64,000 bases of DNA, taken from contig JAVRCV020000032.1 in the NCBI GenBank assembly GCA_034530615.2, forward strand, positions 96,001 through 160,000, given 5' to 3'. The position numbers and the translations under genes were made by a program. The notes under the pieces were generated by a model. The model saw only the letters and a list, made by a program, of their open reading frames with translations, did no database searches and was not told where the DNA came from. This DNA comes from Aulosira sp. ZfuVER01 (lineage in GTDB: Bacteria > Cyanobacteriota > Cyanobacteriia > Cyanobacteriales > Nostocaceae). Shown piece after piece: positions 50,047 to 61,120 of this stretch. The stretch's first letter is position 1. Every line of letters begins with the position of its first letter.

Positions 50047-52608
50047 TTAAAGCCAATTACCAACCAAAACAAAGGCAGACCAAAAGAAAGGATCGTGGAA
50101 ATCAGTTTGGCGAATCAGGTTGATTTGAGCTTGGCGCAGTGCCTCGGCTTTGGTGATTTTGGGCTTTCGTAATTGCTCATAAAAGCGCGTCATCAGCATC
50201 TCAGCTGCTTTATCTTTAACAGGCCAGAGAGTGGCAATAGTTGAGCGAGCGCCAGATTTGACAGCCAAGCCAGCTAGTCCCAGAACGGCGCGATCGTCGC
50301 CAGCTGCTGTATCGCACGCACTTAGTACTAGCAACTCGATCGCTTTTGATGAATCACCAGTACGATTTTTGAGGAGTTCGGACAATTCTTTGACGTTCAC
50401 TTGTCCATCCCACGTAAGTAAGAAGGTATCTTCGAGACGGGAACTAAACTGTCCGTGGGTTGCTAGATGGACAACATCAGCACTAGTAAATTTCACGCTA
50501 TTGGCAAGGGCTTGATTGGTGAATTGCTGGTTGAGCAACATTGAAGATGGCACTGCCTTCGAGATTTTCTTGACTTCTGATTCCACAGCAGGCAAAGCAC
50601 TAAAGCCATTACGAGATTCGCTGATACCGCCAACGATCGCATCAATGCGCTTTTCCTGAAGCGATCGCGCAGTCATCAATTGCATTCCTGGTGAGAGGGC
50701 CACCGCATACTTCTCGATTAGATATTGCTTACCGTCATACAGGGCTGCTATAGGAATATTACGTAAGCGTCCATCTAAAACGAATACTAGTGTTTTGCTG
50801 TCTTGGAAGGCTCGATCCATCTCCGCAGGGCGAATTAGCCAACTATACACTTCTTCGGATAGGCGATCGCGCTCTTTGGAATCTGAGACAGGATTCAAGC
50901 CAACTAATAATTTATCTAGAGTTTGTTCGATGTCGGCTTGAGATTTTTGTGTCACATAGTAACGCAACGGTTGTCCAGTTTTGGAGAGGATGACTGCAAG
51001 GCGATCGCTTAAGATAATTGGATAGACAACAGTTGCATTCGGGTCAACTTGGTCAATCTGCTGTGCCCGATCTAAACAAGCTTCCCTAAAAAAGTTATCG
51101 AGTTCTGCGACTTGCAATGCTTCAATCAGATCGCGAGCTTCCGTCAGTGCAGACTGACTGGGTTGTCCATCTAGGAGTAAACTGACAAGTTCGCGGTAGA
51201 CAGGCTCTACGCTTTCACGGAAGGAGAACTGCACATCAGGGTTGACAGCAACCAAATCCCCTCGTAGGGACTTTAAGGCTTTGACTGCTTCAGTATAGGC
51301 ACTAATTGCTTGGGGGCGATCGCCTTGTTGTTTGTACAACTGTCCTACCTGCCAAGCAGATTGAGCAATAATATCGTCAGCTTGGAGTTGACGCGCAATG
51401 TTCAGGGATTTCTGAGTTAATTCCTGTGCTTGTGATAACTGCTGTGTACGACGATAGAGTTTTCCCCATTGATGTAGTGCATAAGCTTCTGCTTGAGCAT
51501 CTTGGATTTGTTGTGCAGACTTGATTGTACTCGCCATCAGTTGTGCCAAGTCTTTCAGCGGTACGATTTGGTAAGAATTTGACAGCCGATTTACACTGGC
51601 AACAAAATTAATAGCTGCGTAGAGGGAAGTGTGGCTAGGAGGCAGTTCTCCTAGTTGTTGTAGTAGTTGCGGTGCGAGTGGAGTAGCCAACTCAAGTTTG
51701 TCATAATCGAGCAAAAGTTTGAAACGCCCTAAACTTGCTTGTAAGCGATCGCCTGGATTTGTTGCTACCTGTTCTGCCTGTTCAAAATAATCTAATGCTG
51801 TCTGTGGATCTTGCAAGTCAGCGGCGATTTTTCCTAGGTTCAACAGGATAGAACTTAATTGAGGTTTAGTTTCAAGTTTGCTGGCGATCGCTAAACTTTG
51901 TTCTAACACTTGTTGACTTCTACTAGAATCACCAATCGTTTGCAAAGCTAAACCAACCGATCGCAACCCACTAACTTTAACTTCCGAATCTGGCATTGCT
52001 CCTAACTTTTGATTTAGCGCCTCCAACTGCTGTTTAGAACGACGATAAAATCCCAAACTTTGTAAAGCTTGTGCAGAGTTGATTTGACTACCCAAGCTGC
52101 CCAATTGGTCGCCTGCTTGTTCATAATATTTTTGCGCTTGTTGCCAACTTTCCAGGGCGATTTCCGCTTTACCAGTATGTAGTTGTAAATTCCCTCGTGT
52201 ATTCAGTACTTGTGCCCAAACAATTGCGTCGGCAGGAGGTGACATTGTTTGCAATAGTTTGATGCTTTGTTCAATAGATTGGCTAGCTGCTTCCCACTGA
52301 TTAAGTTCTTGTTGCGCTAATGACAGGTAACTCAAGCTGAGAGCTTCATTGGTGCGATCGCCTTGGGTATGGTAGTTTTGTACTGCCGTTTGCCAAATCG
52401 TCACTGCTTCTGCAAAGCGTCCCGAACGGTAGAGGTTTCGCCCTTGTTCTAGCCAATTGTTAGGCTGAGTTGATGCTGATACATTTAGGGTAGAAGTTGT
52501 CAGTAATGGCACGGATGCTCTAGCAGGTGTAATAGTCACTGCCAAACACAAACTTAAAATACTCAGACAGATATATAGCCAATAGTATTTTTTAATCGGG
52601 AAGGTCAT
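50047..52608 (-). CDS. Secreted TPR-repeat CHAT (caspase-like) domain protein
   Basis: Signal peptide ending ARA, TPR-like helices, VHLATHGQF (His), LVLSACDTA.GD (Cys), ATLW.V.D, ALRQAQ, PFFWSAFVLVGNW. Confidence 0.93.
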   Translation of the reverse strand: MTFPIKKYYWLYICLSILSLCLAVTITPARASVPLLTTSTLNVSASTQPNNWLEQGRNLYRSGRFAEAVTIWQTAVQNYHTQGDRTNEALSLSYLSLAQQELNQWEAASQSIEQSIKLLQTMSPPADAIVWAQVLNTRGNLQLHTGKAEIALESWQQAQKYYEQAGDQLGSLGSQINSAQALQSLGFYRRSKQQLEALNQKLGAMPDSEVKVSGLRSVGLALQTIGDSSRSQQVLEQSLAIASKLETKPQLSSILLNLGKIAADLQDPQTALDYFEQAEQVATNPGDRLQASLGRFKLLLDYDKLELATPLAPQLLQQLGELPPSHTSLYAAINFVASVNRLSNSYQIVPLKDLAQLMASTIKSAQQIQDAQAEAYALHQWGKLYRRTQQLSQAQELTQKSLNIARQLQADDIIAQSAWQVGQLYKQQGDRPQAISAYTEAVKALKSLRGDLVAVNPDVQFSFRESVEPVYRELVSLLLDGQPSQSALTEARDLIEALQVAELDNFFREACLDRAQQIDQVDPNATVVYPIILSDRLAVILSKTGQPLRYYVTQKSQADIEQTLDKLLVGLNPVSDSKERDRLSEEVYSWLIRPAEMDRAFQDSKTLVFVLDGRLRNIPIAALYDGKQYLIEKYAVALSPGMQLMTARSLQEKRIDAIVGGISESRNGFSALPAVESEVKKISKAVPSSMLLNQQFTNQALANSVKFTSADVVHLATHGQFSSRLEDTFLLTWDGQVNVKELSELLKNRTGDSSKAIELLVLSACDTAAGDDRAVLGLAGLAVKSGARSTIATLWPVKDKAAEMLMTRFYEQLRKPKITKAEALRQAQINLIRQTDFHDPFFWSAFVLVGNWL

Positions 52609-52714
52609 AGATATTTACAGATAGTGTAAGAGTTTGTTTAGTAAAGTAATTGTGTAGCGACAGAGTGGGTTTTTATTAAGAGATTGCCTGTTAAGTTTGA
52701 CTTTCTCCAGAGAA

Positions 52715-55207
52715 TTAACTCTTAGGAAGTGCTGCACAAGTTAGCTGTGGCTGTATGTTTGTAGGAGATTTTGCCGCAACTAATTCAACTTTGCCTTGGG
52801 CGTTACGATGCCAGGAAGTTGCTTGGACAAGAACCTCTGATGATGTAGGCGTTTGGGCAGTCACATTGCCAGTTTTGCGGAATGCAGAGATATCGCGAGT
52901 GTCAGACCAAGTGCGATCGCTCCCTACTTCTCTTGTCGGATTTTGCGGCACACCACCTCGTCCTGTCGCCACGAAAGTACTACCAGTATTGGCAGAACAA
53001 CCTGTAGCTATTTGTTGGGATGGATCGGTGATATTTACTGGTAATTCAACTAAACCAGAATTGGGATCGATACCAATATTATTAATTTCCACTGTCCCAT
53101 TGACATTAAATGCGGAACTAGCTGTAATATCATTGGTCAAATCTGCTCTAGGAGTTAGAGTATTGACGTATTCTAGACCGATAATACCTTGAGTAGTGAT
53201 GTTAATATTACCACCACGACCTTGAACCGCATTGGCGATAATGTCGCTGTTTTCTAAACCTACAATCACAGGCGAGGTAATTGACAAGTTACCACCATTA
53301 CCTGTGCCCGCAGATGTAGCAGAAATAACGCTATCGTGACGCATCAGCAGGTAATCTTGTAAGTTTAATCTGACATTTCCCCCGTGACCAGAGGCGGTAG
53401 ATGCAGTGATGTTGCCTTGTTGGTCTAGAACAATTGAGTTAGCATTTATCTGTAAATCTCCAGCTTTACCAGTTCCATCATTTTTGACGCTCACTGCTCC
53501 GCCATCGATCAGGCGTAACAATGGTGTGTTGATTATTAAAGAACCTGAATTGCCAGTAGGTACCGGAGGGAGTTGAAAGATAGCTTGAGTAACAGGATCG
53601 GTCTTCTCGGCGTTGGAAAAAATGCGTGCGGGTAATTCAGTGACAGGACCTTCGGTAAAGCGATCTGCAATATCTATGGATTTAGAAGCGTTGACTACCA
53701 CGCTACCAGCCGAACCACTTGCTACAGTCGTAGAACCTAAAGATCCTCCCTTTTGGATTGTTAATCTAGCAGTATTGATAACTGCGCTATTTGCATTACC
53801 CGATCCCTGAGTGAAGGTAGCGAGACTACTGCCAGGATCTGTAATTTCCACTAGATCCGCGGCATTCACTTGGATTGCTCCACTCTGTCCAGAACTGACA
53901 GCAACAGAAACAATATTACCATTATCGAAAAGCTTGACATCCCCAGTGGATACTGTGATATTTCCTGCATCACCGCTATTTACTGAAAATGTGACGAGCG
54001 CAGTATAAATCGCTGGATTGGCGCGGTTAAAGCCACCGATCTCGGTTATACCGCCCACATTGGTGACAATGTTTGCACCTGCTGTTTGAGACCGAGTTCT
54101 AGTCACAATTCTTCCGCCATCTTGAAGGAAGAGGTTGGTGGCCGAGATTGCTATATCTCCTACCTCACCTGTACCAAAATTGTTACTTTGGATCAAACTT
54201 CCCAATTGACCGTTGGCTGTATTTCCTGTAATACTTAGGGAACCTGTGGCATTAGCTGTAATTCCCCCAGAGGATTGTGTTCCCAGGTTTTGGAGCAAAG
54301 CAGCAGAACCCTCAGTCAAACTAATATTTTGTCCTTGTAATAGGATTGAGCCGTTGCTGCCACTGGCATTCAGCAGCGATTGTTGCGCCAGATGAATATC
54401 ATTAAATTGTTGCACGTTGGAATAATCACCAATCCAGCCTGTTGGAGTAGGTTTAAGTCCAACTTGTCCATTCCTGACACTGCCCACTTCTAGATGCCCA
54501 CTACCCTTGGTGGAAGCAACCCCACCGGAAAAGTTCACTCCAGCGCCAATCAACGCCAGTGTTTGATTTGTTCCAGCTTGTAATCCGGGGGGGCTTTTGC
54601 TGGCATTAGCTTGACCAAAGCCAGTACTATCTGTCAACAGGTTTCCCAGTCCCTGTACGGTAATGGTTCCTGAGTTTTGACCCATCTGCAAGCCGATAGG
54701 TACACTCATAGTTAGTAAAGGAGTACTATTAGCATTTACTGCACTAAACTCTGCACCATCGCTAAATTTAATACTATTTGCTGTCGTTCCTAGAAATGAA
54801 CCACCTATATTTAAACTGGCATTTTCTCCAAAAATAATCCCATTAGGATTTAACAAAAATAAATTGGCGCTACCATTGGCTTTGATTAAACCATCAATAT
54901 TAGATGTACTACCGCCAGTGACTCGCGCAAAGATATTCTCAATGGTGGTGGCATTGTCGAACAAGGCAGAGCCTTTGCTGGGAATGGAAAATTGGCTGAA
55001 GCTGTGAAACAGATTATTGCCTGTGACAGTGCCATTAGTAATCGTGAAGTTATTGCCATTCTGGAAGACAGTAGTATTGAGGCTGCCATCTGAAGCTATC
55101 TGAGCATTTGCGTAGCTGTTGCCAAAGAACATGATTCCGATTGGTAGCAGTATAGAACCTGCCCATATTCGATTCATCAAACTCAAATAAACAGAAAGCA
55201 GCCTCAT
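52715..55207 (-). CDS. Filamentous haemagglutinin-like exoprotein (TpsA), copy 2
   Basis: Signal peptide, NLFHSFSQF, RVTGG..S.IDG, FLLNPNGI (TPS domain), GxxGxxxI beta-helix repeats. Confidence 0.9.
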   Translation of the reverse strand: MRLLSVYLSLMNRIWAGSILLPIGIMFFGNSYANAQIASDGSLNTTVFQNGNNFTITNGTVTGNNLFHSFSQFSIPSKGSALFDNATTIENIFARVTGGSTSNIDGLIKANGSANLFLLNPNGIIFGENASLNIGGSFLGTTANSIKFSDGAEFSAVNANSTPLLTMSVPIGLQMGQNSGTITVQGLGNLLTDSTGFGQANASKSPPGLQAGTNQTLALIGAGVNFSGGVASTKGSGHLEVGSVRNGQVGLKPTPTGWIGDYSNVQQFNDIHLAQQSLLNASGSNGSILLQGQNISLTEGSAALLQNLGTQSSGGITANATGSLSITGNTANGQLGSLIQSNNFGTGEVGDIAISATNLFLQDGGRIVTRTRSQTAGANIVTNVGGITEIGGFNRANPAIYTALVTFSVNSGDAGNITVSTGDVKLFDNGNIVSVAVSSGQSGAIQVNAADLVEITDPGSSLATFTQGSGNANSAVINTARLTIQKGGSLGSTTVASGSAGSVVVNASKSIDIADRFTEGPVTELPARIFSNAEKTDPVTQAIFQLPPVPTGNSGSLIINTPLLRLIDGGAVSVKNDGTGKAGDLQINANSIVLDQQGNITASTASGHGGNVRLNLQDYLLMRHDSVISATSAGTGNGGNLSITSPVIVGLENSDIIANAVQGRGGNINITTQGIIGLEYVNTLTPRADLTNDITASSAFNVNGTVEINNIGIDPNSGLVELPVNITDPSQQIATGCSANTGSTFVATGRGGVPQNPTREVGSDRTWSDTRDISAFRKTGNVTAQTPTSSEVLVQATSWHRNAQGKVELVAAKSPTNIQPQLTCAALPKS

Positions 55208-55240
55208 TATTAGTCTCCTTTTATACCTATTTAATATTCC

Positions 55241-57766
55241 CTAAATGTTATTGTTCCTAACATTCAAAATGTTTGAATTGCTGGACAAATCAACTCTTGG
55301 AACCGCAGCACAAGTTAACGGCGGTTGGATATGTGCAGGAGATTGTGCCGCAATTAATTCAACTTTGCCTTGGGCGTTACGATGCCAGGAAGTAGCTTCG
55401 ACAATGACAGTTGGTGATGTAGGTGTTTTGGCAGTTACATTACTAGTTTTGCGATATGCAGAGATGTCACGGATATCAGACCAAGTGCGATCGCTCCTCA
55501 CTTCCTGCGTGGGATTTTGTGGTACACCACCCCGTCCCGTAGCCACAAATTTACTGCCTTGTTCGCTGGCACAACCTGTAGCAATTTGCTGCGATGGATC
55601 GGTAACATTTGCAGGTAATTCTACTAAGCCAGAATTGGGATCGACACCGATGTTATTAATTTGAACTGTGCCACTAACACCAAATTGGGAACTGGCGGTG
55701 ATGTCATTTTCTGGGGTAAGTTCAGGACGAAACTGCAATCCAATTAAACCCTGAGTGGTGATTTGAATATTGCCGCCCTTCCCTTGAAAGGCATTCGCAA
55801 TAATGTCACTGTTTCCCACTCCAGCAACGATTGGTGCATTGATATTGATATTACCGCCATTACCATTACCGCCTGCGGTAGCTGCGATCGCGCTATTGCT
55901 ACGCAGCAGCAACAACTTCCCAACATCTAAAGCGATATTCCCGCCATTACCCGATTCTGTTGCTGCTTGGATGCTGGCTTGACGCTCTAATCGAATGGTA
56001 TTAGCTGTAATGTTGAGACTGCCACCATTGCCGCTACCTTGACTAGTAACACTCACTGTTCCACCATCCATCAATTTCAGGTTGGGTGTAGTAATGCGCA
56101 CATTACCCGCATTGGCTGTTAGTATGTCTGGCAAACGAAATAGCTGCTGAAATTGTGGATCTAATCGTAAGACAGATGAGTTGATGCTGCTGTTATTGCT
56201 CTGATTGCGTCCAGCGATTTCAATCGATTCTGTAGCGTTAATACTCAGATCTCCACCATTACCAATAAAAAATGTAGTTGCAGCAACAGCTCCCCCATCG
56301 AGAATTTGTAACTTAGCTGTATCTAGGGTTAAGATTTTGGCATTTCCCATTGCAAATGTAGTAGAGCTAATGTTGCTATATAGTCCGAAAGGGTTTTCTC
56401 CCATCACAGTGGTGCGATCGTTGCGAATTGTCACCTTACCACTAGAGCCACTACCAAATGTAGCTGAACTCAATGAAGCGCCACCTGATACTACTAAACT
56501 ATTGCCATTAACAAAGATGTCGCCTGCGTTCCCCGAACTATAATAGCTAGATGTGCTTAGGGTACTAATGCCTGTAGGATTGATTGGTGAAAAGCCAGAT
56601 AATTCAATTGCACTTGCCTGAATTTCGATATTGCCACTTGCAGCCTTTCCTAGAGTAGAACTATTCAATCCTGCTCCCTGTTGGAGTGTCAGCTTGGGAG
56701 TAATGACGCTGATATCGCTACCAGCTGCACTGCCGAAAGTTTCACTGCGAATCCCACTCCAAATTGCAGCATCGGTTCTACCAATCATGTCTATCGCTGC
56801 TGATGCTTGCAGGTGAATTTTACCTCCGGCTAAATCACCGAAATTTTGTGCCAGTATCAGTGAACCATCCGTGAATTCAATATGTCGCCCCTGAACCTGT
56901 ACAGATCCCGCATTGATTCCACTTACATTAACTAGCGATCGCTGTGCTAGTTGAATATCGCCAAAGCTTTGCCCATTTTCATAACCCAAGGTATAGCCTT
57001 GTACTGTGGGTATGAGGCTGACCAATCCTACACCACTCACGCTGCCTAATTCTACTTGCCCCTGTTGAGCAGTTAGAGTTGCCCCATTCAGATCCAAATT
57101 GCCCCCTACCAAAGCTAGGGTTTGTCCTGGCTGTACCCGCAGTTCGCTAGCACTAGGAGTCACAGTTATTGGCGGCAATCCATTGGGATTGGGATTTCTT
57201 AAGGAGTGTCCGGTGCCTTGGACAATGATCGCCGCCGGATTGCTGCCCATTTGCAAACCAATGGGAACATTAATGCTTAAAAGGGGCTGAGTTTGGGAAT
57301 TAATTGCACTAAACTCTGCACCATCAGCAAACTTAATGCTATTTGCAGTTGTACCAACAAACGATCCACCAATATTCAGTTGAGCATTAGGGCCAAATAA
57401 AATGCCACTAGGATTAATCAAAAATAGGCTCACAGGATGATTGCTGTTGATGGTTTGAATTATGCCATCAATGTTAGAAATGCTACCTCCTGTAACCCGG
57501 CCAAATATAGTAGTTATGTTTGGTGTGTTGACTACATCAAAGATAGCTGAAGTACCAGTAGGAACGCTAAATTGCTGGAAACTGTGAAATAAATTACTGT
57601 TGGCAGCACTGCCGTTATTGATGATAAAATTGCTACCACTTTGTGAAACATTTGTATTAAGAGTGCCATCGGACGTAACCTGGGCGTTAGCAAAGCCACA
57701 CCAGAGAAATATGCTACCTGTCAAAATTCCATTAACCAAATTCCAGCAAATAGAAGGCGCTTTCAT
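55241..57766 (-). CDS. Filamentous haemagglutinin-like exoprotein (TpsA), copy 1
   Basis: Signal peptide, NLFHSFQQF, FLINPSGI, beta-helix repeats, same C-terminal module as copy 2. Confidence 0.9.
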   Translation of the reverse strand: MKAPSICWNLVNGILTGSIFLWCGFANAQVTSDGTLNTNVSQSGSNFIINNGSAANSNLFHSFQQFSVPTGTSAIFDVVNTPNITTIFGRVTGGSISNIDGIIQTINSNHPVSLFLINPSGILFGPNAQLNIGGSFVGTTANSIKFADGAEFSAINSQTQPLLSINVPIGLQMGSNPAAIIVQGTGHSLRNPNPNGLPPITVTPSASELRVQPGQTLALVGGNLDLNGATLTAQQGQVELGSVSGVGLVSLIPTVQGYTLGYENGQSFGDIQLAQRSLVNVSGINAGSVQVQGRHIEFTDGSLILAQNFGDLAGGKIHLQASAAIDMIGRTDAAIWSGIRSETFGSAAGSDISVITPKLTLQQGAGLNSSTLGKAASGNIEIQASAIELSGFSPINPTGISTLSTSSYYSSGNAGDIFVNGNSLVVSGGASLSSATFGSGSSGKVTIRNDRTTVMGENPFGLYSNISSTTFAMGNAKILTLDTAKLQILDGGAVAATTFFIGNGGDLSINATESIEIAGRNQSNNSSINSSVLRLDPQFQQLFRLPDILTANAGNVRITTPNLKLMDGGTVSVTSQGSGNGGSLNITANTIRLERQASIQAATESGNGGNIALDVGKLLLLRSNSAIAATAGGNGNGGNININAPIVAGVGNSDIIANAFQGKGGNIQITTQGLIGLQFRPELTPENDITASSQFGVSGTVQINNIGVDPNSGLVELPANVTDPSQQIATGCASEQGSKFVATGRGGVPQNPTQEVRSDRTWSDIRDISAYRKTSNVTAKTPTSPTVIVEATSWHRNAQGKVELIAAQSPAHIQPPLTCAAVPRVDLSSNSNILNVRNNNI

Positions 57767-57805
57767 CTAGCAGTTTCCAACAATACTTATATAAATAGAG
57801 TTCCC

Positions 57806-59578
57806 TCAAAACGGTGAATACTGCACGGAGAAGTACAAACCATTTTCCTGAAGCGATCGCTTTTCACCCTCTACTGATGTCAGCGGAATACCCCAATCCA
57901 AACGGGCTGAGAAGTTATTACCCTGTTTCCATAGCAGCCCTAATCCAGTACCTACTAACATACTTGGTGAAGGATTGTCGCCTTTGGTATTCCAACCTTT
58001 ACCAATATCGATAAAGGGTGTCAGTTGTAGCACTCCTCCCAGCTTGGGCGCGCGTAAAATCGGCAAGCGAAACTCTGCCGAAAACAACATGCCATTGTCT
58101 GTGAGTAATGTGTCTTGGCGATAGCCCCGCACACTTACCTGTCCGCCCAGGCCAAATTGTTCTAAGGGCACTAAGGAATCTGCTGCTAGTTGTAAATCAC
58201 CTCTAGCTAAAAACAAAGTATCTGGTGCCAACTGTCGCACCCACTGCGCCTGTCCCCGCCAAGCGAAAAAGCGGCTATCTGGTTCATCTTCGCTCACATT
58301 GGCATCAAACCAATCTACACCCAAGCTAAATTGCGATCGCACTGCAAACACGTGCTGATTGCTGCGCTGGGTATACTCCTGAAAAAAGCGGAGAGCCGAA
58401 ATATTGGTTCTTCCTTGGGCATCTGCACCAGGTGAAAGTCGAAACGGGCCAATGTTATCAATGCCCAACTCTGTTTGGCTTTCTTGGCGCGAGAACGATA
58501 ATCCCACAGCTAAATCCTGAGTAGGTTTTTGCAGTAATGGTTGGCGATAGCCAAATTCGTAAGATGTCGTATTTGATTGAATATCTAAGACGCTGAATGG
58601 TTCTTCAATCACGTTGTTCCAACCCTGATTAAAACCAAACCAGAGAGTGCCGTTGTCAGGATTAATCGGTAGTGCGTAATTGAGATTGATTGTATTACTG
58701 CCATCGGTATTGGCGTATCCCACATTCAGGGTATCGCCTAAACCAAGTAAATTAGCTTGTTGTAGATCTATTCCCCGACGGAAACTACCAACACTGGGCG
58801 ATCGCCCATTATCGAGGGTAGCTGTGAGGGAAAATGTGTCGGCTTCTTGAATCTCGACTTGCAATATATTGGTTCCCGGACTTACACCCATCTGCAATTC
58901 AGCTGATAGATTTTGAATTCGCGGATCGAGGCGTAGCAGTTGGAGTTTTTCCATTAAGCGCGGTATATTTAAAGGCTTTCCCGCCCCAAGTTGAATGCGA
59001 TCGCGAATGTATTGACTACGCAATCGTCTATTACCTCTGATTTTGATTTCTTGCAGACTACCTTCGATAACCTGAATTTTAATCGTCCCAGCTTCTACTG
59101 TCTGCGGTGTAATTAATGCCCCTGTAGTGACATAGCCTTTATCAGTGTAAAGCTTCGTAATCGCATCTTTGATTTGCAGTAATTCTGCAAATGTCAATTC
59201 TCTGCCAACGAAGGGATTGGTAATTGCAGCCAACTGTTCTGGTTTGAAGACTGTACTGCCAACAACTTCAATGCGATCGACCCGAAATTTGATATTAGAA
59301 TCATCCTGTGCGGGAATTGACGGCTCTGGTAGTGTGGGCGGTGGAAGTAATTGATTGTTTTCTGGCGGCTTTGGCAACACATCCGCAGGTAAGGGGGTTA
59401 CAGGAACCTCTTCTATCCTTCCAGGCGGCAAGTTCTGAGGATTTGGAGTTTGGGCGTAGGCGTAGCCCGACGTAGTCATCGCGTCCTGATAGTTACTCAG
59501 TACCGTGGCTAAAACAAAGCTAAATGTCAGAGATTTGAGAGGTCTATTCAATGTTGACGTATATCTGACGGTAGTCAT
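57806..59578 (-). CDS. ShlB/FhaC/HecB (TpsB, Omp85 family) secretion/activation protein
   Basis: POTRA motifs (IT.LY..KGY, I.VIEG), GG..SVRGY loop, terminal aromatic residue. Confidence 0.92.
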   Translation of the reverse strand: MTTVRYTSTLNRPLKSLTFSFVLATVLSNYQDAMTTSGYAYAQTPNPQNLPPGRIEEVPVTPLPADVLPKPPENNQLLPPPTLPEPSIPAQDDSNIKFRVDRIEVVGSTVFKPEQLAAITNPFVGRELTFAELLQIKDAITKLYTDKGYVTTGALITPQTVEAGTIKIQVIEGSLQEIKIRGNRRLRSQYIRDRIQLGAGKPLNIPRLMEKLQLLRLDPRIQNLSAELQMGVSPGTNILQVEIQEADTFSLTATLDNGRSPSVGSFRRGIDLQQANLLGLGDTLNVGYANTDGSNTINLNYALPINPDNGTLWFGFNQGWNNVIEEPFSVLDIQSNTTSYEFGYRQPLLQKPTQDLAVGLSFSRQESQTELGIDNIGPFRLSPGADAQGRTNISALRFFQEYTQRSNQHVFAVRSQFSLGVDWFDANVSEDEPDSRFFAWRGQAQWVRQLAPDTLFLARGDLQLAADSLVPLEQFGLGGQVSVRGYRQDTLLTDNGMLFSAEFRLPILRAPKLGGVLQLTPFIDIGKGWNTKGDNPSPSMLVGTGLGLLWKQGNNFSARLDWGIPLTSVEGEKRSLQENGLYFSVQYSPF

Positions 59579-60277
59579 TTTTTATCCTTTTTGTCGCTCC
59601 CAGACAAAGAAAATATGTGAGTCAAGTCAGTTGATATAAAGCTTTTGGTCAGTCAATCGCACCCACCCTCCGATCGCAGATAACTGTGTCCGTCAGATGT
59701 TTAATCAAAAATAACCAGTAAATTTCCCCTGTGCTGCTTGCGGTAATTGAGCTAAAGATAGAGAAACTACCATGAAGCAACAACTAAATGGATACAAATT
59801 AATGATATTTTTTAGACTTCTATTATAAGTACTAATTCTGAGGATAATCTGAAGATTTATTTTTTAAAGGCTCAAATAGCCTGGTTTATAAGGCTATGAG
59901 TTGAGAGAGCCGCATGACTGTTGATTTACTAAGTGCCTATATTTACACTAGTATATAAGTAAATAGAAAACTGACTAAAATTATAGATTTGAGCAATACT
60001 TATGAAGATGGGCGATCGCCTTTGACAACAAACAAGCAATTGATGCCGTTAAGTTATGAATATGGCAACAATGGTTAAATATTCTCAACTAAATTAATAA
60101 CTGCTAACTGCAACTACAGTTCATACCCTCCGACCTGATGTAACATAGTCAAGCACTAGATCGTGCAGATAAATTTGCCGATCAAATTCCGATCTTGCAA
60201 CAAACGTTACTAAATGGCTGCTGAAGGCTAATAGTAGAATAGGGTACAGAAAGCAGCACGGAAGGGAGGAAGGGAAA

Positions 60278-61120
60278 TTGGATGAACTGAGGGCGGCTCT
60301 AGAGCTAGCAACTGAAGAAGAATTGCAAGATTTAACGGCAATTCTGTTTAGTCGTAAGTTCAATCCTTTAGACTACGTTCACACACCTGAACCAATCGTA
60401 GTTCAAAGTCAAGACCGCAAGGCTTGGTTAGATACACTAGAGGATCGTTTTCGCTTTTTGGCAGCAGATGGGATGACGGTATTGCGAGGACGCACCAGCC
60501 AGGTAACTTACCGACAAGCGTTAATTCAAGTATGTAAGTATTTAAAAATACCCTATTCTAGCCAACTGGCAACAGTTGATTTAGAAGCAGAAGTATTTTT
60601 GCATTTATTAGGGCACGTATGGAAAAAATTGCCTGAACAAGAAAAGCAAAAATTAACTTTACAGGTGCAGCGTCACCTAATCAAATCAGAAGCTAAAGAA
60701 CCATTACCACTTTTATTGCAACGTGACCCCTTAGGATTAATTTTTAAAGGTGGTAGTGCCATAGCCGTAACTTCTGTGATCCAACCGCTTGTGCTGAAAC
60801 AAATTGCCCGCCAATTTGCTGCACATTTTGCGACCTATCAAGTAGCCAAACAAACTGCTATTCAAGGGACAGCAGCCACGACTACGCAGTTTCAAAGCTA
60901 TGTAGCCCTGCAAATGGCACGGCGGGGTATGACGGTAAATGCAGCTCGTTATGGGGCGGTGCGTAGTGTTTTTGCTTTTGTTGGGCCAGTAATGTGGGCT
61001 TGGTTTTTTGCAGATTTGGGTTGGAGAGCGATCGCCACTAACTATGGTCGCATTATTCCGACTATCTTTGCGTTAGCGCAAATTCGTCTTACCCGTAGTG
61101 AATGTTGGGAGCCAGCTTGA
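60278..61120 (+). CDS. YaaW-like family protein
   Basis: DELR.ALELAT.EEL..L, RF.FLAADG, C-terminal ATNY.RIIP.IF.LAQIRL; strong purine-rich RBS before TTG. Confidence 0.8.
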   Translation: MDELRAALELATEEELQDLTAILFSRKFNPLDYVHTPEPIVVQSQDRKAWLDTLEDRFRFLAADGMTVLRGRTSQVTYRQALIQVCKYLKIPYSSQLATVDLEAEVFLHLLGHVWKKLPEQEKQKLTLQVQRHLIKSEAKEPLPLLLQRDPLGLIFKGGSAIAVTSVIQPLVLKQIARQFAAHFATYQVAKQTAIQGTAATTTQFQSYVALQMARRGMTVNAARYGAVRSVFAFVGPVMWAWFFADLGWRAIATNYGRIIPTIFALAQIRLTRSECWEPA

